DNA of 64,000 nucleotides from Candidatus Algichlamydia australiensis (GTDB lineage Bacteria; Chlamydiota; Chlamydiia; Chlamydiales; JAJFMI01): NCBI GenBank assembly GCA_033977065.1, contig JAXCHI010000004.1, positions 92,724 to 156,723 of the forward strand, read 5' to 3'. Shown piece by piece: positions 55,840 to 64,000 of this stretch (position 1 is its first letter; each line of letters starts with the position of its first letter). The notes under the pieces were generated by a model. It saw only the letters and a program-made list of their open reading frames with translations, ran no database searches and was not told where the DNA came from. The position numbers and the translations under genes were made by a program.

Positions 55840-56429
55840 GTTATATGTTTTTCTCCTTACAAAATTTGGCGGTGCGGCATAGCTACACCCCAGCAAAGAA
55901 ACAGTTTAACAAAGGCTCGTACGAATTGCAACCTAAACCCTTAAGTGTAAAAGTAAAAAATTTCATTTATATAGAATTGGGGGTGATAGAGACAGTCGGG
56001 GCTGCGCCCCCGCTGCCCCGTAGGTCTGCATTTCGCCATGCCAAATCGCGTGCTCGACTTAGGGGTGTGCGGAGCACTACCCCGTGCGTCTGTGCTGCGA
56101 TTTTTCAAAGCCGATCACGAGACAAAAACCAATCCCTGAAATCTGCTTTCCAATTCGTTTTTTGAACAAGTCCATTGTTCGTCCTCAGCAACTTAATGAA
56201 AGTTGCCTTCGCCCTCCACAATGAATTTTTTCTAAAAAACAAATTGTCTTTCAGCTTTCATTGCTTGCTTTTTGTCTCTTGCAGCCTAAGGAGCGTTTGG
56301 GTGAGCTTTGCTCTAACCCTCACGCAACTGATTGAAATCATTGTTTGTTAAGGTAAGCGATCTGCACGTTACTTCGCTTGTTAGAGGTTTTGTTGCGGGG
56401 TTTGGGGTTGGTAGTTATACTCGCGGGAT

Positions 56430-57149
56430 ATGTCTACGGTTGTATTGAAGTTTGGGGGGAGTGTTTTGAAAGACGCTTCCTGTTTTGAGGGGATTGTTCA
56501 AAAAATTGTTAAGTATCAAAGGGATTTTGAAAGGGTAGTTGTTGTTGTGAGTGCAATGGGCGAGATGACAAAGGAATTGTTGAATCTTGCCTATGTGGTG
56601 TGTGAGGAGCCACCGAAGCGGGAGCAGGATATGCTTTTGAGTGTGGGCGAGCGCATCAGTATGGCGCTTCTTGCGATGGCTCTGAAGGGAGCTGGGATTG
56701 AGGCGATCAGTTTTACTGGAAGTCAGGCGGGAATTATCACTTGCGGGTCGCACATGGAGGCGCGGGTCGTTGATGTGAAGCCGCGGCGGTTGTTGCCACA
56801 TTTGAAGGCGGGGAGAGTTGTGATTGTAGCGGGTTTTCAAGGGGTAAGTGAAGGCGGTGAGATTACGACTTTGGGCGCAAGTGGCAGTGATTTGACAGCA
56901 GTAGCTTTAGGATCTGCTCTCGGTGCTGATGAGGTGGTTTTTTTTAAAGATGTAGGCGGAATTTTTTCTAGCGATCCTAAAAAAGATCTTGGAGCAAAAA
57001 TTCAAAGACTATTGAGTTACGAAGAGGCTTTTGCCATTGCGGAAAAGGGGGTAATTTTACAGCCGAAGGCAGTTGCTTTTGCAGCAGAAAAAAAATTGAA
57101 GTTGGTCGTATGTGGTATGGATGATTTGCAGAGGAGTGTTGTAACTTAA
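56430..57149 (+). CDS. amino-acid-kinase-fold protein, aspartokinase catalytic domain only (no ACT domains)
   Basis: 239 aa with VVLKFGGSVLKD, VVVVSAMGEMT, EQDMLLSVGERISMALLAMAL and IVAGFQG. The usual GRGGSD motif reads GASGSD. Confidence 0.7.
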   Translation: MSTVVLKFGGSVLKDASCFEGIVQKIVKYQRDFERVVVVVSAMGEMTKELLNLAYVVCEEPPKREQDMLLSVGERISMALLAMALKGAGIEAISFTGSQAGIITCGSHMEARVVDVKPRRLLPHLKAGRVVIVAGFQGVSEGGEITTLGASGSDLTAVALGSALGADEVVFFKDVGGIFSSDPKKDLGAKIQRLLSYEEAFAIAEKGVILQPKAVAFAAEKKLKLVVCGMDDLQRSVVT

Positions 57150-57175
57150 ACTCGACTCAGCTAGCTTTGTCTTTT

Positions 57176-57832
57176 ATGGGAAAAACGATTCTAATTGAGC
57201 CTTCGATTTTTGCAGGAGATTTTGGCCATCTCGCTGATGAGGCAAAACGCTGTGAAGATGCAGGTGCTGACGCAATTCATTTCGACATCATGGATGGGAA
57301 TTTTGTTCCCAATTTAAGCCTTTCTCCAAAGGGTTTGGCTGCTGTAAACCGCGCAACAGATCTTTTTTTAGATGTCCATATTATGGTCTATAATCCTTAC
57401 GATTATGTGGAGCGCTTGATTGAGATGGGGGCGGATCGCATTACGTTTCATTTAGAGGCGACAGAAGATGTGGAAGAGACTTTGGAGTATATCCAAAAGT
57501 GTGGGGTGAAAGCGGGTCTTGCTATTTCTCCCGAGACACCTGCTTCGATGATTTCGAAATATATTGAAGCGATAGATCTTGTTTTAATTATGACCGTACA
57601 TCCCGGTTTTGGAGGACAGTCATTTTTAGCAGATATGCTTGACAAGGTGCGCTTTGTTAGCGAATTTTGCAAAAAAAATGGAATGGAAGAGAAGTTGATT
57701 CAGGTCGATGGCGGTGTAGATGATAAAACGGCTCCGGCCTGCATTGAGGCAGGCGCCAACGCGCTTGTAAGTGGGACTTACCTCTTTAAAGGGGACATGA
57801 AGCAGAAAATACAAATGATGCGGGCTGGATGA
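57176..57832 (+). CDS. rpe: ribulose-phosphate 3-epimerase
   Basis: The motifs IEPSIFAGDFGHLADE, IHFDIMDGNFVPNLS, MTVHPGFGGQSF and QVDGGV are present. The ATG at 57176 is preferred over the TTG at 57167. Confidence 0.9.
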   Translation: MGKTILIEPSIFAGDFGHLADEAKRCEDAGADAIHFDIMDGNFVPNLSLSPKGLAAVNRATDLFLDVHIMVYNPYDYVERLIEMGADRITFHLEATEDVEETLEYIQKCGVKAGLAISPETPASMISKYIEAIDLVLIMTVHPGFGGQSFLADMLDKVRFVSEFCKKNGMEEKLIQVDGGVDDKTAPACIEAGANALVSGTYLFKGDMKQKIQMMRAG

Positions 57833-58791
57833 AAAAAATCGTTGTTATTGGAGGCGGGACAGGAAACTTTACTGTCTTGAGCGGTCTTAAGCAGCATGAT
57901 CTGCATTTAAGCGCGATTGTCTCTATGGCAGATGATGGTGGTTCTACCGGGATTTTGCGTGATGAGCTGGGGGTTTTGCCTCCAGGTGATGTGCGCCAGT
58001 GTCTAGTCGCTCTTTCCAACTCTTCTCGGTTGATGCGCTCTTTAATGAACTACCGTTTTGAAAATGGGGGACTTGGTGGACATAGTTTTGGCAATTTGCT
58101 CCTCTCGGCACTTGAAAAAGTAACAGGTAGTTTTGAACACGCAGTTGAAGAGATGGGGCGTATTCTCTTTATTCGCGGTAAGGTAATCCCTGTCACAACG
58201 CATGCAGTGCGCTTGAAGATGGTGCTTAAGGATAAAAAAGTCTTGGAAGGAGAAAAAGAAATTTATCTCTCGCAAGAAATTGAAAAGGGGTATGACCGCC
58301 TCTATTTAGAGCCTTTTCCTAAAGCAAATAAAGAGGCACTTTCAGAGATTCGCCACGCAGATTTGATTATTATTGGGCCTGGCGGATTGCACACTTCCAT
58401 TATTCCTAATTTGCTTGTTGAGGGTGTTGCCTCGGCTTTGAGGAGTACGCATGCAAAGTGTGTCTATATCGCCAATTTGATGAATCGAAAAGGGCAGACG
58501 ACGGGATACTCTGTTAGCGATTATGTAAATGAAATTTCAAAGTATATTGGAAAGGATGTTTTTGATTACATTCTTGTAAACGAGCAAATACCAGACCCCG
58601 ATTTGATTGAAAATTACCGAGATGAGGGGGAGCTTGTTCCTAATGATTTGAAAGGAGAGCGTGTTATTGCCGCAAAATTGCTTGGTGAGCTTAAAACAAA
58701 AGGCGAAAAAGATTTGATGAAACGCAGCTTGATTCGTCACGATTCAGAGCGTTTAGCACAGGAGCTGATTCAGATTGTTAATCGTATTTGA
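57829..58791 (+). CDS. YvcK/CofD-family (UPF0052) gluconeogenesis-factor-like protein
   Basis: IVVIGGGTGNFTVLSGLK...SAIVSMADDGGSTGILRDELGVLPPGDVRQCLVALS is diagnostic of the family. Confidence 0.85.
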   Translation: MKKIVVIGGGTGNFTVLSGLKQHDLHLSAIVSMADDGGSTGILRDELGVLPPGDVRQCLVALSNSSRLMRSLMNYRFENGGLGGHSFGNLLLSALEKVTGSFEHAVEEMGRILFIRGKVIPVTTHAVRLKMVLKDKKVLEGEKEIYLSQEIEKGYDRLYLEPFPKANKEALSEIRHADLIIIGPGGLHTSIIPNLLVEGVASALRSTHAKCVYIANLMNRKGQTTGYSVSDYVNEISKYIGKDVFDYILVNEQIPDPDLIENYRDEGELVPNDLKGERVIAAKLLGELKTKGEKDLMKRSLIRHDSERLAQELIQIVNRI

Positions 58792-59392
58792 TCTCGATGA
58801 TACACTTATCGATACCAGTGGAAGTGTTCTTCCTCTTCTTCTTCAAAAAGTCACAGAGGGACTAGCACCAAAGTCGCAAAAACAGCTGGAGCGCATGAAT
58901 GGAAGTGCTAAAAGTTCCAAAGAATCTATAAACGAATTTTTTGAAATCAGCGACTTAAAAAAGCAGTCGCTAAAAAATCCCTCACTTCACCAGATTAAAA
59001 CTTTGGATGGCGTCAGAGAAGTGCTGCGCACCCTCTCTTTAGAGCATGAACTTGCCTTAGTCACAATAGGGGAGGAGTCGTTTCAAAGAGAGAAGATCAA
59101 ACAAGCGGGAATCGACTTGCATCTATTTTCTGATGTGGTTGTTTGTAAAGATAAATATTTAGTTTATGGAAAGCTGATTCAAAAATATTCTTGCAATCCA
59201 AGCCAGGTTGTTGTGATTGGCGATCGTATTGATCGAGATCTTACGCCTGCAAAGCTTTTAGGGTGTAAAACAATTCACATTAAATGGGGAAGAGGGGTAA
59301 ACTTTTCAGATAGAAGGGGGCATGTTGATTTTGCGGTATCTAACCTTAAGCAAATATTGGACATCCTCCCAAATATAGAAATTTTTTCATGA
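58775..59392 (+). CDS. HAD-superfamily hydrolase
   Basis: Motif I (IVFDLDDTLID) follows the TTG start. Later motifs VVIGDRIDRD and LVTIG are present. Confidence 0.7.
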   Translation: MLIVFDLDDTLIDTSGSVLPLLLQKVTEGLAPKSQKQLERMNGSAKSSKESINEFFEISDLKKQSLKNPSLHQIKTLDGVREVLRTLSLEHELALVTIGEESFQREKIKQAGIDLHLFSDVVVCKDKYLVYGKLIQKYSCNPSQVVVIGDRIDRDLTPAKLLGCKTIHIKWGRGVNFSDRRGHVDFAVSNLKQILDILPNIEIFS

Positions 59393-59949
59393 GTACAACA
59401 AGCAATCAATTAGCACCGGGGATGACGATTTCCATCGGAAAGAAGATTTTTCGCGTAGAGTCGTGTGTAAAAGTCACTGTAAGTAAAGGGGTTCCCTTTT
59501 TCAAAACCAAATTAAAAGATTTAGTTACTGGTGGTGTTGAGGAGAAAAACTTTAAAGTAGATCAGGAAATCAATGAAGTAGCACTGATCGAAAATCGCCT
59601 TGAATTTCTCTACATTGAGGGGAAGGATTATCTCTTTTTAGATGTCGATAATCTTACGCAAGCCCTTGTTCCTAGGGGGGTTATCGGTGATAAAGTCAAT
59701 TATCTAAAAGATGGAATCCAGGTCAAAGCGACTTTTTATGGGGATACGGTCTTCTCTGTAGAGCTGCCGCAGTTTTTAGAACTTTCTGTCCTTAAGACTG
59801 AGGCGAGTACGGCAAAAGTAGCCGTTTCGGGAGGGACAAAGACGGCCCTCTTAGAGACAGGAGCTAAAATCGAAGTTCCGCTCTTCATAGAAGCGGGGGA
59901 TATTATTAAAGTTGATACTCATGCGGGTGAATATATTCAGAGAATATAA
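59389..59949 (+). CDS. efp: elongation factor P
   Basis: 186 aa with a three-domain EF-P pattern (PGMTISIGKKIFRVESCVKV..., KTALLETGAKIEVPLFIEAGDIIKVDT). The position before accBC matches Chlamydia. Confidence 0.9.
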   Translation: MSTTSNQLAPGMTISIGKKIFRVESCVKVTVSKGVPFFKTKLKDLVTGGVEEKNFKVDQEINEVALIENRLEFLYIEGKDYLFLDVDNLTQALVPRGVIGDKVNYLKDGIQVKATFYGDTVFSVELPQFLELSVLKTEASTAKVAVSGGTKTALLETGAKIEVPLFIEAGDIIKVDTHAGEYIQRI

Positions 59950-60048
59950 GCGCAAGTTGCTGCCTAGTCTCTCTGGAGGGGGAAGAGGGAAGTAACTTGA
60001 GTAATAAATCGCCTTTTATGTTATAATACTTCGTCTAAGGAGAGAGTT

Positions 60049-60501
60049 GTGGATTTAGATTTAATTAAAAAAATTGTTGCATATATGGAGGAGAGCTCCC
60101 TTTCAAAGATTCGTTATAAGGATCAGAATGTGGAGATTGAGTTAGAGCGCTCATCTGGATCGATTGCTCCCCTTCCTCAGCCGCAGGCAGTGCATCATCA
60201 ACCTGTTGCAGCATCGGCCCCAGCTCCTGCTCCTCTTGAAGCGCCCAAAGCTGAAGAGAGTGGTCAAATGATTACATCTCCCATGGTTGGGACTTACTAC
60301 TCTTCACCAGCACCAGATCAGCCCGCATTTGTAAAAGTAGGGGATCACGTAACAGAAGAGACAGTAGTCTGCATCATCGAAGCGATGAAGGTAATGAACG
60401 AGGTAAAGGCGGGTGTAAAAGGGACGGTAAAAAAGATTTTAGTTGCAAGTGCTGATCCAGTGGAATTTGGAACAGCGCTTATAGAAGTGGATCCTGCATG
60501 A
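60049..60501 (+). CDS. accB: acetyl-CoA carboxylase biotin carboxyl carrier protein
   Basis: GTG start, Pro/Ala linker, and the biotinylation motif CIIEAMKVMNEV. Confidence 0.9.
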   Translation: MDLDLIKKIVAYMEESSLSKIRYKDQNVEIELERSSGSIAPLPQPQAVHHQPVAASAPAPAPLEAPKAEESGQMITSPMVGTYYSSPAPDQPAFVKVGDHVTEETVVCIIEAMKVMNEVKAGVKGTVKKILVASADPVEFGTALIEVDPA

Positions 60502-61871
60502 AAAAAGTACTTATTGCCAACCGCGGCGAAATTGCCGTACGTATTATCCGAGCATGTCACGATTTAGGACTCTCTACCGTGGCAGTCTACTCAAAAGCTG
60601 ATCAAGAGGCTCTGCACGTCTTGCATGCTGACGAGGCTATATGCATTGGAGATGCGCCGGCAATCAAATCGTACTTACGTATTCCAAATATTCTCTCTGC
60701 CTGTGAGATTACAGGTGCTGATGCAGTACATCCAGGTTACGGTTTTTTAAGCGAAAATCCCAATTTTGCTTCTATTTGCGAAAGTTGTGGCTTAACTTTC
60801 ATTGGACCCACTTCAGATACCATTTCGATGCTTGGTGACAAGGCCAATGCAAAAGCGATTGCTCGGTCAGCGAAATGTCCCGTTATCCCTGGGTCAGCTG
60901 GTGTTGTTCCCAACATTAAAGAGGGATTGAAAGAAGCGGAAAAAATTGGCTACCCTGTCATGATCAAAGCCGTTGCAGGCGGTGGTGGAAAAGGGATTCG
61001 TCTAGCTCATGATGAGGCGGATTTTGTTCGTCAATTTACAGCTGCACGAGCCGAGGCAGAAGCCTCTTTCAACAATCCTGACGTCTATTTAGAAAAAATG
61101 ATTGTGGACCCACGACATGTGGAAGTCCAAATTATCGGGGATAAGCATGGTAATTACGTTCACTTAGGTGAGCGCGACTGTACCATCCAGCGTCGTAGAC
61201 AAAAATTAATCGAAGAGTGCCCGAGTCCTGCTATTTCACCCCAGCAGCGTAAGAAGATGGGTGAGGCGGCTGTTAACCTAGTTAAAGCGGCTAAGTATCA
61301 TACTGTTGGTACAGTAGAGTTTTTGCTTGATAAAGATGGGCGCTTCTACTTCATGGAAGTCAATACCCGTATTCAGGTAGAGCACACTGTTACAGAAGAG
61401 CTTACTGGTATCGACCTTGTGAAAGAGCAAATTCGCCTGGCTATGGGTGAGAAGCTCGGCTACAAACAGAAAGAAGTCAACTTTGATGGTCATGTAATCC
61501 AATTTCGTATTAACGCTGAAAACCCTTCCAAGAATTTTGCCCCATCACCAGGTTGCTTAGAGTACTTTATTACACCAGGTGGTCCTTCCGTACGCGTTGA
61601 CACCTCTTGCTACAGTGGTTATAAAATTCCACCAAATTACGACTCACTGATTGCAAAACTTATTGTTAAGGGCAAAGATCGCAAGAGTGCAATGGCGATT
61701 GGCAAGCGCGCCTTAAAAGAATTTCACATTGGTGGAGTGCATTCCACTATTCCTTTTCACAGATATATGCTGAAAAATGATATCTTCAAGTCAGGAAAGT
61801 TCACATTAAAATTTGTGGATGAACTCCTTGAAGAAGAGCATAATTTTGATGAAGAAGAACTCCCCGTATAA
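60498..61871 (+). CDS. accC: acetyl-CoA carboxylase biotin carboxylase subunit
   Basis: The motifs KVLIANRGEIAVRIIRAC, GYPVMIKAVAGGGGKGIR and FMEVNTRIQVEHTVTE are present. Confidence 0.95.
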   Translation: MKKVLIANRGEIAVRIIRACHDLGLSTVAVYSKADQEALHVLHADEAICIGDAPAIKSYLRIPNILSACEITGADAVHPGYGFLSENPNFASICESCGLTFIGPTSDTISMLGDKANAKAIARSAKCPVIPGSAGVVPNIKEGLKEAEKIGYPVMIKAVAGGGGKGIRLAHDEADFVRQFTAARAEAEASFNNPDVYLEKMIVDPRHVEVQIIGDKHGNYVHLGERDCTIQRRRQKLIEECPSPAISPQQRKKMGEAAVNLVKAAKYHTVGTVEFLLDKDGRFYFMEVNTRIQVEHTVTEELTGIDLVKEQIRLAMGEKLGYKQKEVNFDGHVIQFRINAENPSKNFAPSPGCLEYFITPGGPSVRVDTSCYSGYKIPPNYDSLIAKLIVKGKDRKSAMAIGKRALKEFHIGGVHSTIPFHRYMLKNDIFKSGKFTLKFVDELLEEEHNFDEEELPV

Positions 61872-62751
61872 AGCAATCATTCTGGCTGGAGGGTCGGGTA
61901 CACGCCTCTATCCCTCTACACTTGTCACAAGCAAACAGCTCCTGCCTGTCTATGACAAACCGATGATTTACTACCCTCTTTCGGTCATCATTCAAGCAGG
62001 AATTCGAGAAATTTTACTCATCTCATCAGAGCATGACCTCCCACGCATCCAGGAGCTTTTTGGAGATGGTTCTCACCTTGGTTTAGAGCTCTCCTACGCT
62101 GCACAAAAAGAGCCAAATGGCATTGCAGAAGCGTTTCTCATTGGAGAAGAGTTTATTGATAACACTCCCGTTGCGCTTGTGCTTGGGGACAATCTGTTTA
62201 CAGGCCCTCACTTAAAAACTCTGGTTCAGCGCGCAGCACAAAGTGAGTCGGGTGCAACAGTCTTTGGCTATGAAGTGCAAGACCCTTCGCGCTACGGTGT
62301 GATCGCCTTTGATGATCAGGGAAGACCAAAAGAGATCGTTGAAAAACCGAAAAATCCCCCCTCGCGTTATGCTGTAACAGGTCTCTACTTTTACGATACA
62401 AATGTTGTTTCAATTGCCAAATCTCTTAAACCCTCTCCGCGCGGAGAGTTAGAAATCACCGATGTTAACCGTGCCTACTTGCAAGATGGAAATTTGCACG
62501 TCACAATCCTTGATCGTGGGTATGCGTGGCTTGACACAGGAACAGCAGACGCTCTCCACAAAGCTTCGGCTTATGTACAAACTCTACAAGAGCGCCAAGG
62601 CATTCAAATAGGGTGCATAGAAGAAGAGGCGTATAATATGGGCTGGATCTCAGATGATCAGCTCCTATTTTTAAGTGGCCGGTACTTGGGAAATGCGTAC
62701 GGAAATTACCTCCAAAGTCGAATTAAAAAAGAGATGTTGACAAAGTCTTGA
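61849..62751 (+). CDS. rfbA: glucose-1-phosphate thymidylyltransferase
   Basis: The motifs KAIILAGGSGTRLYPSTLVTSKQLLPVYDKPMIYYPLS and YAWLDTGT are present. I set the start at the Met at 61849. Confidence 0.9.
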   Translation: MKKNSPYKAIILAGGSGTRLYPSTLVTSKQLLPVYDKPMIYYPLSVIIQAGIREILLISSEHDLPRIQELFGDGSHLGLELSYAAQKEPNGIAEAFLIGEEFIDNTPVALVLGDNLFTGPHLKTLVQRAAQSESGATVFGYEVQDPSRYGVIAFDDQGRPKEIVEKPKNPPSRYAVTGLYFYDTNVVSIAKSLKPSPRGELEITDVNRAYLQDGNLHVTILDRGYAWLDTGTADALHKASAYVQTLQERQGIQIGCIEEEAYNMGWISDDQLLFLSGRYLGNAYGNYLQSRIKKEMLTKS

Positions 62752-62804
62752 TCAATTATTTACAATCGACTTCACAATAACAAATTCCAAATGGAGGAAA
62801 ACAT

Positions 62805-63104
62805 ATGACGTGGACAGATACTGCAAAAGCTTATGCAACAAATGTAAACATCCAAGCTAGTGTACTTTCGATGGCTGGTGCATTTGCATTAAGTAGAAAT
62901 AATGAAGTTAACAAGTGTGCGCTGATGCTTTTTGGATCAATAGCTGCAGCTAACTTTATTTTTACCGCTGTTCAGCCTAAGGCTGTTGAAGAAGAATCTA
63001 AAAATAGTTGGACTGATCAAGCAAAAGATCAACTACAAGGTTTCACAGCGAGAGTTGTAGCAGGATTTGCACTAGCATATATTGCGAATAACTATATTTC
63101 TTAA
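62805..63104 (+). CDS. small hypothetical membrane protein
   Basis: 99 aa with GGAGGA 7 nt upstream and two to three hydrophobic segments. A terminator follows. Confidence 0.5.
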   Translation: MTWTDTAKAYATNVNIQASVLSMAGAFALSRNNEVNKCALMLFGSIAAANFIFTAVQPKAVEEESKNSWTDQAKDQLQGFTARVVAGFALAYIANNYIS

Positions 63105-63121
63105 TAGGTTCTATTTATGAA

Positions 63122-63151
63122 GGGTAGAGAGAATCTCTCTGCCTTTTTTTT
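63122..63151 (+). terminator. rho-independent terminator
   Basis: GGTAGAGAG-AAT-CTCTCTGCC hairpin (8 of 9 bp paired) followed by T8. The T-run overlaps the stop codon of the convergent yitT-like gene. Confidence 0.55.
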
Positions 63152-63992
63152 ATCCCAATTTCCAGGAACGTTTTTTCTTTTTTACTGGAGACTTTCCATA
63201 CACAGCTTCGTGTAAATTTTGAATAGCCATAAAGGCAGAAGGATCTTCTCGCAGGATGATCTCTTTAAGCTCTGACAAGTCAAGTCTCTCTACAATCACA
63301 AATAAAATTTGTCTCTCATCGCCGGAATAACCACCCTTACCGTGCATAATCGTCAACCCAAGGCCTAGTTCTTCCATAATGACTTTTTTCAGTTTGTCAG
63401 GGTTGGATGAGATGACCATCACAGATTTTACTTCATCAAGGCCGACGATCACCATGTCCATTGTTTTGAAGGCGACAACGTAGGTCATAAGAGAGCGCAG
63501 AGCGATGTGCCAATCTTGGAAGATGAGACCGTATGCACCGAAAACAAAGATGTTGATGAAGAGGACTACCTGCCCAACAGTAAATCCTTTTTTGCGGTTG
63601 ATGATAATTGCCATGATTTCTGTACCATCAAGGCACCCACCATGGCGAATAATCAAACCAACACCCATTCCTAGAATCACACCTCCGAAGAAAATCACTT
63701 CGAGAGGGTCGCCAATGAAGGGAGGAATCAGCAGTTCAATAAAGCTTAAAAAGAGGGCAAAGAGGAGAACAGCGATTAAAAATTGGATCACAAACGCCTT
63801 GCGGATGAATTTATAGGCTAGATAGAGAAAAGGGGCATTGAGGACAATGAGAAGGGGAGAGATGAGGCCATCTCCAAAAAGCCTTCCAAAAATTAGAGAG
63901 ACTCCAATAATCCCTCCATCAATTAAGTAATTGGGGACAAGAAAAACACGGATGGAGAGCGCTGCTAAAAAGGCGCCGATTGCCATCCACAT
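63150..63992 (-). CDS. YitT-family membrane protein (DUF2179 C-terminal domain)
   Basis: The N-terminal helices (IRVFLVPNYLIDGGIIGVSLIF) and the C-terminal DUF2179-like part (GLTIMHGKGGYSGDERQILFVIVERLDLSELKEII) are present. The true start could lie beyond the right edge. Confidence 0.8.
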   Translation of the reverse strand: MWMAIGAFLAALSIRVFLVPNYLIDGGIIGVSLIFGRLFGDGLISPLLIVLNAPFLYLAYKFIRKAFVIQFLIAVLLFALFLSFIELLIPPFIGDPLEVIFFGGVILGMGVGLIIRHGGCLDGTEIMAIIINRKKGFTVGQVVLFINIFVFGAYGLIFQDWHIALRSLMTYVVAFKTMDMVIVGLDEVKSVMVISSNPDKLKKVIMEELGLGLTIMHGKGGYSGDERQILFVIVERLDLSELKEIILREDPSAFMAIQNLHEAVYGKSPVKKKKRSWKLG

Positions 63993-64000
63993 ATATGTTA

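Noticed and set aside
55975-56230. Possible tmRNA (ssrA). The region starts with GGGGGTGATAGAGAC, and a CCCTCCACAA sequence lies about 240 nt downstream.
   Set aside because: There is no T-arm (GGTTCGAATCC-like) before the putative 3' end. The acceptor pairing is imperfect and there is no CCA. The only reading frame ending in TAA TGA gives ...SSSAT, unlike the hydrophobic tmRNA tag endings (LAA/VAA).
56230-56429. Lysine riboswitch (L-box) upstream of the aspartokinase-like gene.
   Set aside because: None of the conserved L-box blocks I remember (AGAGGNGC, GTCGCCGAAG-like core, CTGTCA) are present in the leader.
1-64000. CRISPR arrays, rRNA/tRNA genes, IS elements, integrases or prophage genes.
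   Set aside because: I scanned the intergenic regions and the ORF translations. I saw no regularly spaced direct repeats, no tRNA-like T-arm or acceptor patterns, and no transposase or integrase motifs. A tRNAscan/Infernal run would be needed to exclude small RNAs formally.

Overview
The window is a chromosomal segment from a member of the Chlamydiae, most likely an environmental or amoeba-associated lineage. The species cannot be named from the sequence alone. The backbone matches conserved chlamydial gene order as I recall it from C. trachomatis. One block is malQ, scc1-like chaperone, copN/sctW, cdsV/sctV, cdsU/sctU, ychF, ribF, truB, rbfA, infB, nusA, rpsA. A second block is rpe, efp, accB, accC. 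clpB, transporters and rfbA are also present.

The main finding is an accessory region of about 27 kb (about 7.0-33.9 kb) that looks AT-richer than the backbone. It holds an AbiEi/AbiEii toxin-antitoxin pair and a near-complete type VI secretion system (T6SS) in three tightly coupled operons:
- plus strand: tssM, tssJ, a degenerate adenylate-forming-enzyme homolog, a DUF4280 PAAR-like protein, and a 1341-aa ankyrin protein;
- minus strand: tssB, tssC, a 213-aa protein in the Hcp position, tssK, tssE, vgrG, a tssA-like gene, tssF, tssL, and two tiny ORFs;
- plus strand: a 442-aa membrane protein, a coiled-coil/autotransporter-barrel protein, and tssG.

The locus has no clpV and no sequence-recognisable Hcp, and tssG is separated from tssF.

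The conserved T3SS/translation backbone carries three lineage-specific insertions:
- an LRR protein between copN and cdsV;
- a RelE-like/Xre toxin-antitoxin cassette flanked by a duplicated, decaying ychF 5' fragment;
- a 1064-aa repeat, coiled-coil and transmembrane protein between ychF and ribF.

I found no rRNA, tRNA, CRISPR array, transposase or integrase. All functional calls rest on motif recognition by eye and on synteny. No database search was possible.
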